The position numbers and the translations under genes are program-made. A stretch of DNA of 64,000 nt from an uncultured Christensenella sp. Lineage in GTDB: Bacteria; Bacillota; Clostridia; Christensenellales; UBA1242. The first letter of the stretch is position 1. The number at the start of each line of letters is the position of its first letter. The stretch covers positions 6,371 through 70,370 of the forward strand of contig CAJUBT010000006.1 of NCBI GenBank assembly GCA_910584815.1, in the 5' to 3' direction. The notes beneath the pieces are model-generated. The model was not told where the DNA came from. It saw nothing but the letters and a program-made list of their open reading frames with translations, and did no database searches. This document shows, piece after piece, positions 17,827-27,591 of the stretch.

Positions 17827-19548
17827 ATGAAAAACGAAAAACGCTTAATTACAGCAGCATTAACTTATGTTAATAACATACCTCACGTTGGGCACATTGT
17901 TGGTTGCCATTTACCTGCAGATATCTACGCAAGGTTTTGTAGAAGTTATGGCTACAACACAACCTTTGTTGGTGGCAGCGATATGCACGGAACGCCATCA
18001 CTTGTAACTGCACAAGAATTAAATATTCCTGTTGAAGAACTTACAAGTAATTTACACGAAATTCACAAAAAAATTTACGAAAAATTAAACATTAGTTATG
18101 ATATTTACTCTAACACCCATACCCCTACTCACGAAAAAATTACTACCGATTTCTTTTTAGACCTTAATAAAAATGGTTATATAACCGAAGGCGAAATTGA
18201 AATGTTCTATTGCGAAAATTGTGATATGTTTTTACCAGACCGTTTTGTTGTTGGAACTTGCCCAAGATGTAATTACGAAAGTGCAAATGGTGACCAATGC
18301 GAAAAATGTGATAGTTTATTTTCGTTAAACGAACTAAAAAACGCACATTGCAAAGTTTGTGGTAAGCCTGCAAATCTTAAAAAATCAAAACACATATTTT
18401 TAAAACTATCTAACGCAACCGAAATGTTAGATAAATGGATAGAAACCAAAAAAGAAATTTTCCGCCCTCACGTTTATGCTGAGGCAAAAAAATGGGTGAA
18501 CGAAGGTTTAAAAGATAGATGCATTTCTCGCGATATAACTTGGGGTTTTCCTATTCCGTTAAAGGGTTACGAAAACAAAGTTTTATATGTTTGGTTTGAT
18601 GCCCCTATAGGCTACATTTCAATTACAAAAGAACTAAGTGAACAAAAATATAAAGACCTTTGGTTAAATGACAATGCAAAAATTTATAACTTTGTTGGTA
18701 AAGATAACATTCAATTCCACACGGTGTTTTTTCCAAGTATGCTGCTAGAACAAGGCAAATACAATAAAGCTTATAATGTTGTTGGGCTTAATTTCTTAAA
18801 TTATGAAGGTCAAAAATTTAGTAAATCTAAAAAAATTGGGGTGTTTTGTAATGCCCTACTTAACGATAACCCTGAAGTAGACATTGACACCTTGCGTGCC
18901 TATTTAACAACAATCATTCCAGAAAATAGAGATACCGACTATAAGTGGGAAGATTTTAAAAATAATTGTAATGCTGAACTTGTTGGTAAATTTGGTAACC
19001 TATTTAATAGAACCCTTAATATGATTAAAAGTTATTTTAATGGAACTTTAAATTGTGATGAAAAAGACCTTAACCAAAATGAACTTGATGCTGAAATTTT
19101 AAATGCAATTACAGAAATGCCAACAAAAATTGCTGAAAGCTTTGAAAAAGCTGAACTTAGAGATGCTTACAAATTAATTATGAATTATGCAACTATTGGT
19201 AATGGCTATCTTGAAAAAAGCGCACCTTGGCAACTTATGAAACAAGAAAAAGTTAAAGAAGCAGAAAAAGTGCTTTTTAACGCGCTAAATTTATGTGCAA
19301 GCCTTTGCATTGTTGCAAGCCCAATTATTCCAACAAAGGTTACTGAACTTTGGCAAAATCAAATTGGATTGGAAGGTAACCCTACTAAAAATGATATGTG
19401 GCAAAATGCAAGTAAATTAAACATAAAAAAAGGTCATACAATTAAAAATATACAACCAATATTTGAACGCATTGACAATGAAAAATTAGAAAAAATTAAA
19501 CAAATATTGGCAGAACCTTTTGATATTGCTGAACACTTTAAAAAATAA
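17827..19548 (+). CDS. metG: Methionine--tRNA ligase (short form without a C-terminal tRNA-binding domain)
   Basis: HIGH motif as PHVGHIVG and KMSKS motif as KFSKSK. Four CxxC zinc knuckles are present (CENC, CPRC, CEKC, CKVC). RBS AATGGAGAAA lies upstream. Confidence 0.9.
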   Translation: MKNEKRLITAALTYVNNIPHVGHIVGCHLPADIYARFCRSYGYNTTFVGGSDMHGTPSLVTAQELNIPVEELTSNLHEIHKKIYEKLNISYDIYSNTHTPTHEKITTDFFLDLNKNGYITEGEIEMFYCENCDMFLPDRFVVGTCPRCNYESANGDQCEKCDSLFSLNELKNAHCKVCGKPANLKKSKHIFLKLSNATEMLDKWIETKKEIFRPHVYAEAKKWVNEGLKDRCISRDITWGFPIPLKGYENKVLYVWFDAPIGYISITKELSEQKYKDLWLNDNAKIYNFVGKDNIQFHTVFFPSMLLEQGKYNKAYNVVGLNFLNYEGQKFSKSKKIGVFCNALLNDNPEVDIDTLRAYLTTIIPENRDTDYKWEDFKNNCNAELVGKFGNLFNRTLNMIKSYFNGTLNCDEKDLNQNELDAEILNAITEMPTKIAESFEKAELRDAYKLIMNYATIGNGYLEKSAPWQLMKQEKVKEAEKVLFNALNLCASLCIVASPIIPTKVTELWQNQIGLEGNPTKNDMWQNASKLNIKKGHTIKNIQPIFERIDNEKLEKIKQILAEPFDIAEHFKK

Positions 19549-19592
19549 ATAAAAAATTTTAAACCTTTTTATTTAAAGGGAAATGAAGAAAA

Positions 19593-20057
19593 ATGATTGT
19601 TTCTAGTAATGGAGTTATAAATGGTAAACTTTTAGATAAATTTGGCAAACGAGGGACAGAGCAAAAATTTGGAATGCCAACATTATCTTTACCAATAAAA
19701 ATTGAAGATGCCCCAAAAAATGCAGAAAGTTTTGCAATTATATTTGATGACCCCGATTCTGTACCAGTATGCAACTATGTTTGGGTGCATTGGCTTGTTG
19801 CTAATTTAACAAGAACAGAATTAAAAGAGAATGAAAGTCAAACCAGCTACGATTTTGTGCAAGGTAAAAACAGTTGGAACGATAATTGCTATGGCGGACC
19901 TTGCCCACCCGACAGACCACACAATTATAGGTTAAGAATTTTTGCTTTAACTGAAAAATTAAATTTGCGTGGAGATTTTACATTGCAGCAATTGGAAAGT
20001 GCTATGAACAACAAAATTATAGAAACTGCGGAGTTAACCTGTACTTATGATAATTAA
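19593..20057 (+). CDS. YbhB/YbcL (PEBP, Raf-kinase-inhibitor-like) family protein
   Basis: The PEBP signature region is YVWVHWLV...YGGPCPPDRPHNYRLRIFAL. The 3' end overlaps the next gene by 11 nt. Confidence 0.7.
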   Translation: MIVSSNGVINGKLLDKFGKRGTEQKFGMPTLSLPIKIEDAPKNAESFAIIFDDPDSVPVCNYVWVHWLVANLTRTELKENESQTSYDFVQGKNSWNDNCYGGPCPPDRPHNYRLRIFALTEKLNLRGDFTLQQLESAMNNKIIETAELTCTYDN

Positions 20058-20787
20058 TTATAATGTAGATGATTTTGTTTATAACCTTAACAAAGGCAAA
20101 ATTGCTTGCTTTAAAACAGACACCATTTGGGGTTTTTCTGCGGCTAGTGATAACAAAGAAGCAATAGAAAATTTATATAAAATTAAAAAAAGAAATTTAG
20201 ATAAACCATTTATATTTCTTATTAAAAAAAATCAGAATTTATTAGACCTTGTTAAAACTATTCCACCAAAGGCACAAAAATTAATAAACAAATTTTGGTG
20301 TGGTCCGCTAACCATTATTTTTGAAGCAAAGGAAAATTTGCCTTTACTTGCACCTTACAAAAACAAAAAAACAATAGCACTTAGAATGCCAGAAGATAAA
20401 CTTACTCAACAAATTTTAGGTAAATTATCCTACCCATTGCCTTCAACTTCTGTTAATACAGAAGGGCAACCTGCATTAAATAGTTTTGAAGAAATTTCAA
20501 AAACTTTTGGCAAAGAAGATTTTTGTATTCTTTCTAAAGTTGGGTTTTCGGAAACTAACAGTAAAGAAAATTTTTCTGCAAATTTAAAATACAAAGAAAG
20601 TTTAAACCATAACTTAAATAAAATAAAACATTCTAACAATGAAAGTTTTGAAAAACTGGAACAAGAAATAAACAACAAAACTATTAAAAATACATCTTCT
20701 ACAATTGTAAGTTTTGCAAATGGGGATATAGAATTTTTGCGCGAAGGAAGCATAACAAAACAACAAATATTAGACGCCTTAAAATAG
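20047..20787 (+). CDS. tsaC: L-threonylcarbamoyladenylate synthase (YrdC/TsaC type) with an internal low-complexity insertion
   Basis: YrdC-domain motifs are present: GKIACFKTDTIWGF, KKRNLDKPFIFLI, WCGPLTIIF, LPSTSVN and the terminal SSTIVSF...LREGSI. A K/N/E/S-rich segment of about 45 aa lies between aa ~164 and ~216. Confidence 0.7.
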   Translation: MIINYNVDDFVYNLNKGKIACFKTDTIWGFSAASDNKEAIENLYKIKKRNLDKPFIFLIKKNQNLLDLVKTIPPKAQKLINKFWCGPLTIIFEAKENLPLLAPYKNKKTIALRMPEDKLTQQILGKLSYPLPSTSVNTEGQPALNSFEEISKTFGKEDFCILSKVGFSETNSKENFSANLKYKESLNHNLNKIKHSNNESFEKLEQEINNKTIKNTSSTIVSFANGDIEFLREGSITKQQILDALK

Positions 20788-20880
20788 CACAATTAAACCG
20801 AATGTTTAAACTATAATATTTTTAATAAAAAAATTTGAAGTATCTAAAAAGGCTAACTATAAACATTAAAAGTACATAAT

Positions 20881-20927
20881 AAAAAAAGAACATATTATAT
20901 GTTGTTTAATAATATGTTCTCTTTTTT
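20881..20927. terminator. Bidirectional terminator between convergent tsaC and the 926-aa gene
   Basis: A perfect 11-bp stem pairs AGAACATATTA (20887-20897) with TAATATGTTCT (20910-20920). It is flanked by A7 upstream and CT7 downstream. Confidence 0.65.
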
Positions 20928-21011
20928 TATAAACCTTATATTTTAAAACATACTATAAGAAAAACTTATAAATAGTTAAACTCAATTATAAACTAAAAAT
21001 ATGCATTTTAA

Positions 21012-23792
21012 CTAAACCTTAGGCTCAGTTTTTTTTGTGTTAGCATTGGTTTGTTTTTTAGTTGTGGTTGTTTTGCTGGTTGATGAACTTTTTGGTTTAA
21101 CTGTTGATTTTTTAACCGTTTGTTTTTTTGCACTTTCTTTTGCTTTTTTAGTTGCAAGTTTTTTCTTTTCAGCCTCTTTTTTTATTGCAACCTTTTTTGC
21201 ATTAATTTCTTTTTTCTTTTGTGCTACCTTTTTCTTACTTTCTTTTTTTCTACTTTTAGCGTATGGCTTACGAGTTTTTTCACCAGTTTCTTGCTTTGCG
21301 GTAGATTTTCGTTTTGCTCTTGTTTTAATGGCAGAACTTTCAGTTTGTGTTTCTAAACTTTCTTCGTTATTGTTAACAACTAAATTAAGTTCAATTTCAG
21401 CTTTTTCATTCTCATTTTTAGTATCAATTGTAGTTAAAGTATTAGCTTCTTCTTTAAAATTATTTTCTTTTAAAGTATCTAACTTATTATGTAATGGTTC
21501 TTCTTTTAAAGTTTCATTTTCTATAGTAAAGTTAGCATTCTCTGGCAAGTTTTGACTGGCAACAAGCACTAGTTGCTTTTTTTGTTTTCTTGCTTTTATA
21601 AGCGCCACTTTTTTATGGTGTCTTTTTAAAATAATTGTGCTATGCACCGCAAAGTATGCTGCAATTAAAACTAAGGTTATAAGAGTTAGTGTTATAACAA
21701 AAATTGGTAGAGCTGGGCCATCAAAAAATCCGCCTGCACGGTCTATTCTCAGATACGGTCTTGTTGTATCTTCCCAAGCATAGTTTTCACCATCTTTTAA
21801 CCCAAGAAGAATAAATTTATCATCACTATAAATTAGTTCATACGGAGCATCATCGCTTATGCCAAGAGATTGTGCAGTTCCATCAAAATTATCTAAATTA
21901 AAGTTTGGTTTTGCAATGCTTGCTTTTTCAATTGTCCAATTAATAACCAAATTGTTGCTGGTTCCATTATCCCACTCAAAATTATTAGGTTCTTTTAAGG
22001 AAATTGTAACAGGATAAGTGCCCGCCTTTGTTTGTTCGTTCCCTTTAACACTATACAATAAATTAGAACTTAAATTAGATAAAGTTTGAGTTTTACCATT
22101 ATAGGTTGTTACAATGTTATTTAAAACAGGAATGGTTACAGTTTGTTTGTTAATACGCCAAACTATGCTAGGAAAATTATTAACTGGATTATAATTTTCG
22201 CTATCTATTAAAGAAAAACTTACGCTTGCTTCATAAACACCAACATTTGTTGCCCTTTCGTTTTTATAAACTGCACGCACTATATTTTCTGGGTAATAGT
22301 TAACTCTTAAAACTCTTTCTGTACCAACGCTGTAAATATATGGCGAAACATAATTCCACTGCCACAAAGATGTGTCTAGGGTTGCTTTTTCTACATTTAT
22401 TATAAAGGTTGTTGAAACATAATTATAATTATCGGTTGCGGCCGCAAAAACACCAACTTCTAACCCATTGCCTTCTGCCACAGATGTGAACGAATTTTGG
22501 GAATAACTAATTGTTTGTTCGCTATTATCTAGCGTTGCCCCAGAATTTATAATTTGCCTGGCACCTGTGTACACATAGTTCTTTTTTACATCTGAAACAT
22601 CTAAATTAGCAGTGCCTTTTATAACCGAAATTTTAAATTTACGAGAAAACCCTAAATAGTTCATACTCTCATTTGCAGAAACTGTAACTTCTTTATCGTT
22701 CCCCTGCAAAACTGTTGTAAATTTATTATTAATAAAATTTAAAGTTTGTTCGGAATTATTAATATTAACTCTATCTTTTGCATCTTGTTCAGTGCCATTA
22801 TAAATAAAGGGTTGGTTGTTAATTGTAACAACTGGATTAATTTTTTTTATGTCAAACCTTTTTGTAAGGTTGGTAATTTCAAAGTTGGCTTCTTTATTTG
22901 TTAAAGTTGCTGTTGCGGTGTAATTTCCTGCATTTTTAAATTCATTATAAAAATTATTATTACCATTATAACCACTAATTGTAAAAGCAAGAGGAGTTTT
23001 AACCCCGTTAAGTCCGTAATAGTAAACTGAAATATTATTAATTAAATCCAATCCACAATAATCGTAAGCAAATTTGTTATCGGAGGTTTCCCAAACAAAA
23101 GCTACTGGTTTTTTAGTTATATCAACCAAAATAACTTCACTTGGTAAATTTTCATTAACAACATAGTTACAACCATTACTGCTAGAAAAAGTTATATCAC
23201 TTGGAGTTATTGTTACATATTTTTTAGCATCTGCATTTGGGCTTGTTGTGTTGCCAATAACACTAACCTCAACATCATCACCCGAAATAATACCTGAATA
23301 TTCAGCGGTTATGTTTATTTTTGTTGTGCCATCGTACTCTTTATTATTCGCTGTGAATTTTGTAAAAGTAACAACACAAGGCGCAATAGTTATTGTAACA
23401 GGTTCGGTAACTTTAACCCCATCTGCAGTTGTAACAGCACAAACATATTTACCAGATTGATTGCAGTTCCTTATGTTAATAGAGTTAGAATTTTGACCTT
23501 CAATTTCAATATAGTCGCTATCTGTTGCAAAATACCACTTATAAGCACTTACATCAGCAACATCAACTGTTAAAGTATAATTGTCAGCTTTATAGTTTGC
23601 ATTAAAATTTGGGCTTGAAGTTTGGGTGCTACCATTAAAAGTAAAGGAAGCTGAAATTTGACTTGTGGAAATTTCGTTTAAACTTGCGGCAAAACTTGTT
23701 ATAGGTAAAAAGCCACCAATTAAAAAGGTGCCTAAACCAAACATAAACATAATAAAAAAAACAAAAGGTAATTTAATTTTTAAACTCTTCAT
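21012..23792 (-). CDS. Type-I membrane-anchored surface protein (926 aa): signal peptide, Ig-like modules, TM helix, Lys-rich tail
   Basis: The signal peptide is MKSLKIKLPFVFFIMFMFGLGTFLIGGFLPITSFA|AS. An I-set-like Ig domain (YKWYF...NQSGKYVCAVTT) and Y[DN]G...AG.Y...NF/NY...W.I modules follow. The TM helix ALPIFVITLTLITLVLIAAYFAVHSTIIL is at ~21627-21713. After it comes KRHHKK and a ~204-aa K/E/T/A-rich tail. Confidence 0.8.
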   Translation of the reverse strand: MKSLKIKLPFVFFIMFMFGLGTFLIGGFLPITSFAASLNEISTSQISASFTFNGSTQTSSPNFNANYKADNYTLTVDVADVSAYKWYFATDSDYIEIEGQNSNSINIRNCNQSGKYVCAVTTADGVKVTEPVTITIAPCVVTFTKFTANNKEYDGTTKINITAEYSGIISGDDVEVSVIGNTTSPNADAKKYVTITPSDITFSSSNGCNYVVNENLPSEVILVDITKKPVAFVWETSDNKFAYDYCGLDLINNISVYYYGLNGVKTPLAFTISGYNGNNNFYNEFKNAGNYTATATLTNKEANFEITNLTKRFDIKKINPVVTINNQPFIYNGTEQDAKDRVNINNSEQTLNFINNKFTTVLQGNDKEVTVSANESMNYLGFSRKFKISVIKGTANLDVSDVKKNYVYTGARQIINSGATLDNSEQTISYSQNSFTSVAEGNGLEVGVFAAATDNYNYVSTTFIINVEKATLDTSLWQWNYVSPYIYSVGTERVLRVNYYPENIVRAVYKNERATNVGVYEASVSFSLIDSENYNPVNNFPSIVWRINKQTVTIPVLNNIVTTYNGKTQTLSNLSSNLLYSVKGNEQTKAGTYPVTISLKEPNNFEWDNGTSNNLVINWTIEKASIAKPNFNLDNFDGTAQSLGISDDAPYELIYSDDKFILLGLKDGENYAWEDTTRPYLRIDRAGGFFDGPALPIFVITLTLITLVLIAAYFAVHSTIILKRHHKKVALIKARKQKKQLVLVASQNLPENANFTIENETLKEEPLHNKLDTLKENNFKEEANTLTTIDTKNENEKAEIELNLVVNNNEESLETQTESSAIKTRAKRKSTAKQETGEKTRKPYAKSRKKESKKKVAQKKKEINAKKVAIKKEAEKKKLATKKAKESAKKQTVKKSTVKPKSSSTSKTTTTKKQTNANTKKTEPKV

Positions 23793-24036
23793 TAGTTATT
23801 CCTTTATAATTTTTCTTAATTCTGTGCCGACTTTTAGATATTATTTATAACCTTCCCTTTTTATAAAAAACTTTAATGCAATTTTATTTATAATACAAAA
23901 TTAAATAAAATTATTTAGCATTTAAAACGATTTTTGAAGGACACATAAAAAATTAATTATCTGCTAAATAAAATTACAAACCTAATAAAACGAAATTGAA
24001 AACTATAAATTAAATTTTATAAACTACATTTTAATT

Positions 24037-24078
24037 TAAAAAAGGCAATCACTTTATAACTCGTGATGCCTTTTATAT
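24037..24078 (-). terminator. Terminator after the SHOCT membrane-protein gene
   Basis: AGGCAATCAC (24043-24052) pairs with GTGATGCCT (24063-24071), leaving one bulged A. An A-run lies on the plus side upstream, which reads as a U-run on the minus strand. Confidence 0.5.
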
Positions 24079-24087
24079 TTTTATTTA

Positions 24088-25035
24088 TTAACTTAAATTA
24101 GAATTGCAAATTTTTGTGCGCATAACAATGTAGTTTGCATCGGTAATAGCGCCGCTTTGTTTTAACCTTTCTAAGCGTTCCAAATCTTGTATGCCTTTTT
24201 GGGTTATGTTAAAAGGAACACCATTTTGGCCAGGCACAATCATAGAAGAACCAGGGTCTTGATATTGCTGAGGTTGAGGTTGATATTGTTGTTGATATTG
24301 AGGTTGTGCATAGCCATTATTCATAGGTGGCATATTTGCTTGCATTTGAGGTTGTGCATATTGTTGTTGATAAGGATCGTTTTGAACATAACCATTTTGG
24401 TTATAATTTGGGTCGGCATAATTTGCATTAGGGTCTTGCCCTGCTTCCCCTCTTTTAACAGCTTTTGCTACTTTGTTGATATTTGCAACAGCTAAAACAA
24501 AACAAATAAATTGTAATAAAGCTAAAACACCTGCAACAATAACAACAATGAATGGAACTCCAAAGGCTTCAGCATAAGCTTCAGCTAGTGGTTTAATGCC
24601 ATCTAAAACAAAACTGCAAACAATAACTGCTACGAAATATAAAAACACAAAGAATTTTATTATATGCATAAAAGCACAGGTTTTTTTGCATTTTGCAAAT
24701 CTATAGTCATCTTTCTTTGCAAGAGTAATTTCCTTAATGCCCCAAATAAACATATGTAGGCAAAACACTGCAAACACAATGGATAGCACAAGGGTTATAG
24801 TGTCAATAAGGCTTGCCTCTAATGTTGCAATTAAACTTACTATTGACAATGGGAATAAAATAAACACAAATTTAATTAGTGATAGAATTTTGCTTAAAAT
24901 TTCTACACTAGTTAACATATTAACAACAGGCTCTACCTTTAACACCACTAACAAGTTAAAAACCGCTGTAACAAGTAGTAAAAAATAAATTATTAAAGTA
25001 ATTGCACCTGAGGCTTTAACTCCGCCTTTTTTCAT
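24088..25035 (-). CDS. Polytopic membrane protein with a Q/P/Y/N-rich linker and a C-terminal SHOCT domain
   Basis: The N-terminal ~190 aa carry about 5-6 hydrophobic helices. A low-complexity stretch follows (DPNANYADPNYNQNGYVQNDPYQQQYAQPQ...QQYQDP). The C-terminus GIQDLERLERLKQSGAITDANYIVMRTKI matches the SHOCT pattern. Confidence 0.65.
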   Translation of the reverse strand: MKKGGVKASGAITLIIYFLLLVTAVFNLLVVLKVEPVVNMLTSVEILSKILSLIKFVFILFPLSIVSLIATLEASLIDTITLVLSIVFAVFCLHMFIWGIKEITLAKKDDYRFAKCKKTCAFMHIIKFFVFLYFVAVIVCSFVLDGIKPLAEAYAEAFGVPFIVVIVAGVLALLQFICFVLAVANINKVAKAVKRGEAGQDPNANYADPNYNQNGYVQNDPYQQQYAQPQMQANMPPMNNGYAQPQYQQQYQPQPQQYQDPGSSMIVPGQNGVPFNITQKGIQDLERLERLKQSGAITDANYIVMRTKICNSNLS

Positions 25036-25437
25036 AAATGCTCCTTAAATACTTAAAGTTAATTTTATTATATATTAGCATAACACTTTAAGTCAAATAA
25101 ATTTACAAATTAAACAAAATTTTTGCTAACTAAATATTGCTAAATTCTTTTAAAATAACGCTTTTCGGCGTTTTTTTATGTTACAAAAATACTTTAAAAT
25201 TTAAAAAGGCTTTATTGTTGAAACATACTTAGTAACACCCTTAGTAACCACATAACAGTACCACTTAAAATATTGCTACCTTACAAGTTTAATTTGTGGT
25301 TTTAAAAGTAAATTTTAACACCTAAATTTTTATGGTTAAAACAAAAATTTCTTGCAAACTAAAATTATAAAAACCTTTAAATTTTTGCACCTACACAATA
25401 TATTATAACCATTTTAAATAAAAAACATTGACTTAAT

Positions 25438-25466
25438 AAACTTTTTGTTTTATAATAGTTTGGTAG
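25438..25466 (+). promoter_or_regulatory. rpmE promoter
   Basis: TTGACT (25438-25443), a 17-nt spacer and TATAAT (25461-25466). RBS AAAAGGAGAA precedes the ATG at 25533. Confidence 0.6.
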
Positions 25467-25532
25467 AAAATTAAAGATTGTTTTAAAATTTAAAACTTTG
25501 CTTTTAAAATTAGGCGTAAAAAGGAGAATTTT

Positions 25533-25736
25533 ATGAATAAAGAAATACAACCAAACTATCACGAAGTAAAAGTTGAATGTGCTTGTGGAGAAAGTTTTAC
25601 AACCAAAACCACAAAGGCTGGCGATACAATTAAAATTGATATCTGCAACAAATGCCATCCATTCTTTACTGGCAAACAAAAAATTGTTGATGCTAGTGGT
25701 AAAGTTGAAAAATTCCAAAAGAAACATAACCTATAA
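25533..25736 (+). CDS. rpmE: 50S ribosomal protein L31 (Cys-containing type A)
   Basis: 67 aa. It has the HPFFTGKQK hallmark and the Cys motifs ECACG and CNKC. Confidence 0.9.
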   Translation: MNKEIQPNYHEVKVECACGESFTTKTTKAGDTIKIDICNKCHPFFTGKQKIVDASGKVEKFQKKHNL

Positions 25737-25816
25737 TTTTTATTAAAATTTAAAAGGATAAACTTATTTCCCTTTTATTAAAATTATGGCATATATCAAA
25801 ATATTTTAAGAACCAA

Positions 25817-25852
25817 ATAAACGCTATTAAAAATTTAGCGTTTATTTTTTTT
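25817..25852 (+). terminator. rpmE terminator
   Basis: ATAAACGCTA (25817-25826), loop TTAAAAAT, TAGCGTTTAT (25835-25844), then T8. Confidence 0.6.
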
Positions 25853-26220
25853 GTAAATTTTTTTAGGTCTTAATAAATTTAAATTAAAATTCTAAAACGC
25901 AAAATTAATTTTTAAACCAATATTTAAACTTATAAGAATTTATTTTTATAATTTAAACCATAAAAATTATTAAAAATTTTTTATATAATTAAAATACTAA
26001 CCTTAATAAAATAATAGACCTATCAGAATAATTGACTATCCATCATTTTCTATTTTTTAGTATGTTTATTTAAACGAATATATATAAATTAAAAGTGTTT
26101 AAAGAAATAAAAAATATTAAAGCAATAAATAATTCTATTCAATAATAAAAGTGTTTAAATAAGTTTAAATATAAAAACAAACTACAATAAAAATGGTGAA
26201 TAATAAATATTATAAAAAAA

Positions 26221-27591
26221 TTAATATCTGTTATTTTTTTTAATTAATTTGTATGGCAGTTTTTCAATATCTCCTGCCCCTAAAAATAGTAGCACACAGT
26301 TAGACACATCAACCTTTTTAATTTCCCTTAGCAGTTCACTTTTGGTGTATGCTCCTTTAACTAAAAAGTTTGGATTTGTTTTTAAAATGCATTCCTTTAA
26401 ATTGTCTGCACTGCCTAAATAATCGAAACTTTCTCTTGCAGAATAGGTTTTTAAAATATACAAGGCATCTAACCCATTAAAACATTTTGAAAAACTATCA
26501 AGCAGAGTTTTAGTTCGAGAATATGTATGCGGTTGAAAAATGCAAATAACCTTTTTGTTAAAAACTTCTTTACAAGTGTTTATGCTACTTAAAATTTCTG
26601 TTGGATGATGGGCATAGTCACTTATAACCTGACAATTTTTATAACTACCTATAAACTCAAACCGCCTATGTGCATTATTAAAAGTTTTTAAACCTAAATA
26701 AATTATTTTATAGTCTATGCCGTAGTCTAAGCATACGCTTATAGCAGCAAGAGCATTGCTCACATTATGTTTGCCAAAAATGTTTAATTTGAAATTACCA
26801 ATAAAAGCCTTACCTTTATAACAATCAAAACTATACTTACCATCAACGCCTAGTGTTAAATTTTTTGCATATACGCTGCAGTTTCTACTAAAACCATAAG
26901 TCTGCAAGTTTGTTATGCTGCCTATTAAACGCCCATAATTTGCACAGATATAGGTGTTGCCCAGGGTGTTACTTGCAAACTTGTTAAACGAGGCTTTTTC
27001 TTTTTCAAAAGTATTAAAATAATCTAAATGCTCTGGTTCTATGTTCGTTATAACCGAAGTTGTAGGGCTCAGAAATAAAAAACTATCTCTAAATTCGCAA
27101 GCTTCTGTTATAAAATAATCTTTGCCACCAACTAAAATGTTACCTTTAATATAATCGAACTCGCCACCTATATGAACAGTTGGCTTTAAGCCAGAAATAA
27201 TAAAAATGTAACTTAAAATAGCTGTGGTGGTGGTTTTCCCGTGAGTACCAGAAACTGCTATAACATTTTTATAGTTCTTTGAAATAAGTGCTAGAAGTTC
27301 TGCCCTTTCAATTACTGGAATATTATGGCTTAAGGCGTATTTCATTTGTGGGTTATTATTTGAAATAGCACCCGAGTATACAACTAAATTGTTACCTTTA
27401 ACACTATTTGCTTTATGGCTATATACAACCTTAATGCCTGCTTTTTTCAGTTTTTTTGTTATGTTGCTTTTCACAAGGTCACTTCCACTAATTTGCTTCC
27501 CTTGCGATTTAAGCAACAAGGCTAGCCCACTCATACTAATGCCACCAATTCCAATAAAAAAAATATTCTTGTGTTTTAATAAATCTTCCAT
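26221..27591 (-). CDS. murC: UDP-N-acetylmuramate--L-alanine ligase
   Basis: N-terminal IFFIGIGGISMSGLA and the Mur-ligase P-loop SGTHGKTTTT. 456 aa. No obvious SD lies upstream of the ATG. Confidence 0.85.
   Translation of the reverse strand: MEDLLKHKNIFFIGIGGISMSGLALLLKSQGKQISGSDLVKSNITKKLKKAGIKVVYSHKANSVKGNNLVVYSGAISNNNPQMKYALSHNIPVIERAELLALISKNYKNVIAVSGTHGKTTTTAILSYIFIISGLKPTVHIGGEFDYIKGNILVGGKDYFITEACEFRDSFLFLSPTTSVITNIEPEHLDYFNTFEKEKASFNKFASNTLGNTYICANYGRLIGSITNLQTYGFSRNCSVYAKNLTLGVDGKYSFDCYKGKAFIGNFKLNIFGKHNVSNALAAISVCLDYGIDYKIIYLGLKTFNNAHRRFEFIGSYKNCQVISDYAHHPTEILSSINTCKEVFNKKVICIFQPHTYSRTKTLLDSFSKCFNGLDALYILKTYSARESFDYLGSADNLKECILKTNPNFLVKGAYTKSELLREIKKVDVSNCVLLFLGAGDIEKLPYKLIKKNNRY

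Noticed and set aside
21037-21555. Plus-strand ORFs of 172 aa and 78 aa (21120..21356) opposite the 3' end of the 926-aa gene.
   Set aside because: They are artefacts of the Lys-codon (AAA/AAG) run on the coding strand, which gives stop-free poly-F/L frames on the opposite strand.
25157-25177. A small plus-strand terminator-like hairpin (AACGC/loop TTTTCG/GCGTT + T7) with no upstream plus-strand gene.
   Set aside because: The stem is only 5 bp. No convincing promoter or ORF lies upstream, and the only ATG (25039) lacks an RBS. It may be an insulator or chance structure. RNA-seq could revisit this.
25377-25727. 116-aa minus-strand ORF overlapping rpmE and its promoter.
   Set aside because: It is antisense to a clearly recognisable L31 gene and covers that gene's promoter and RBS. 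It has AT-rich nonsense composition and no RBS.
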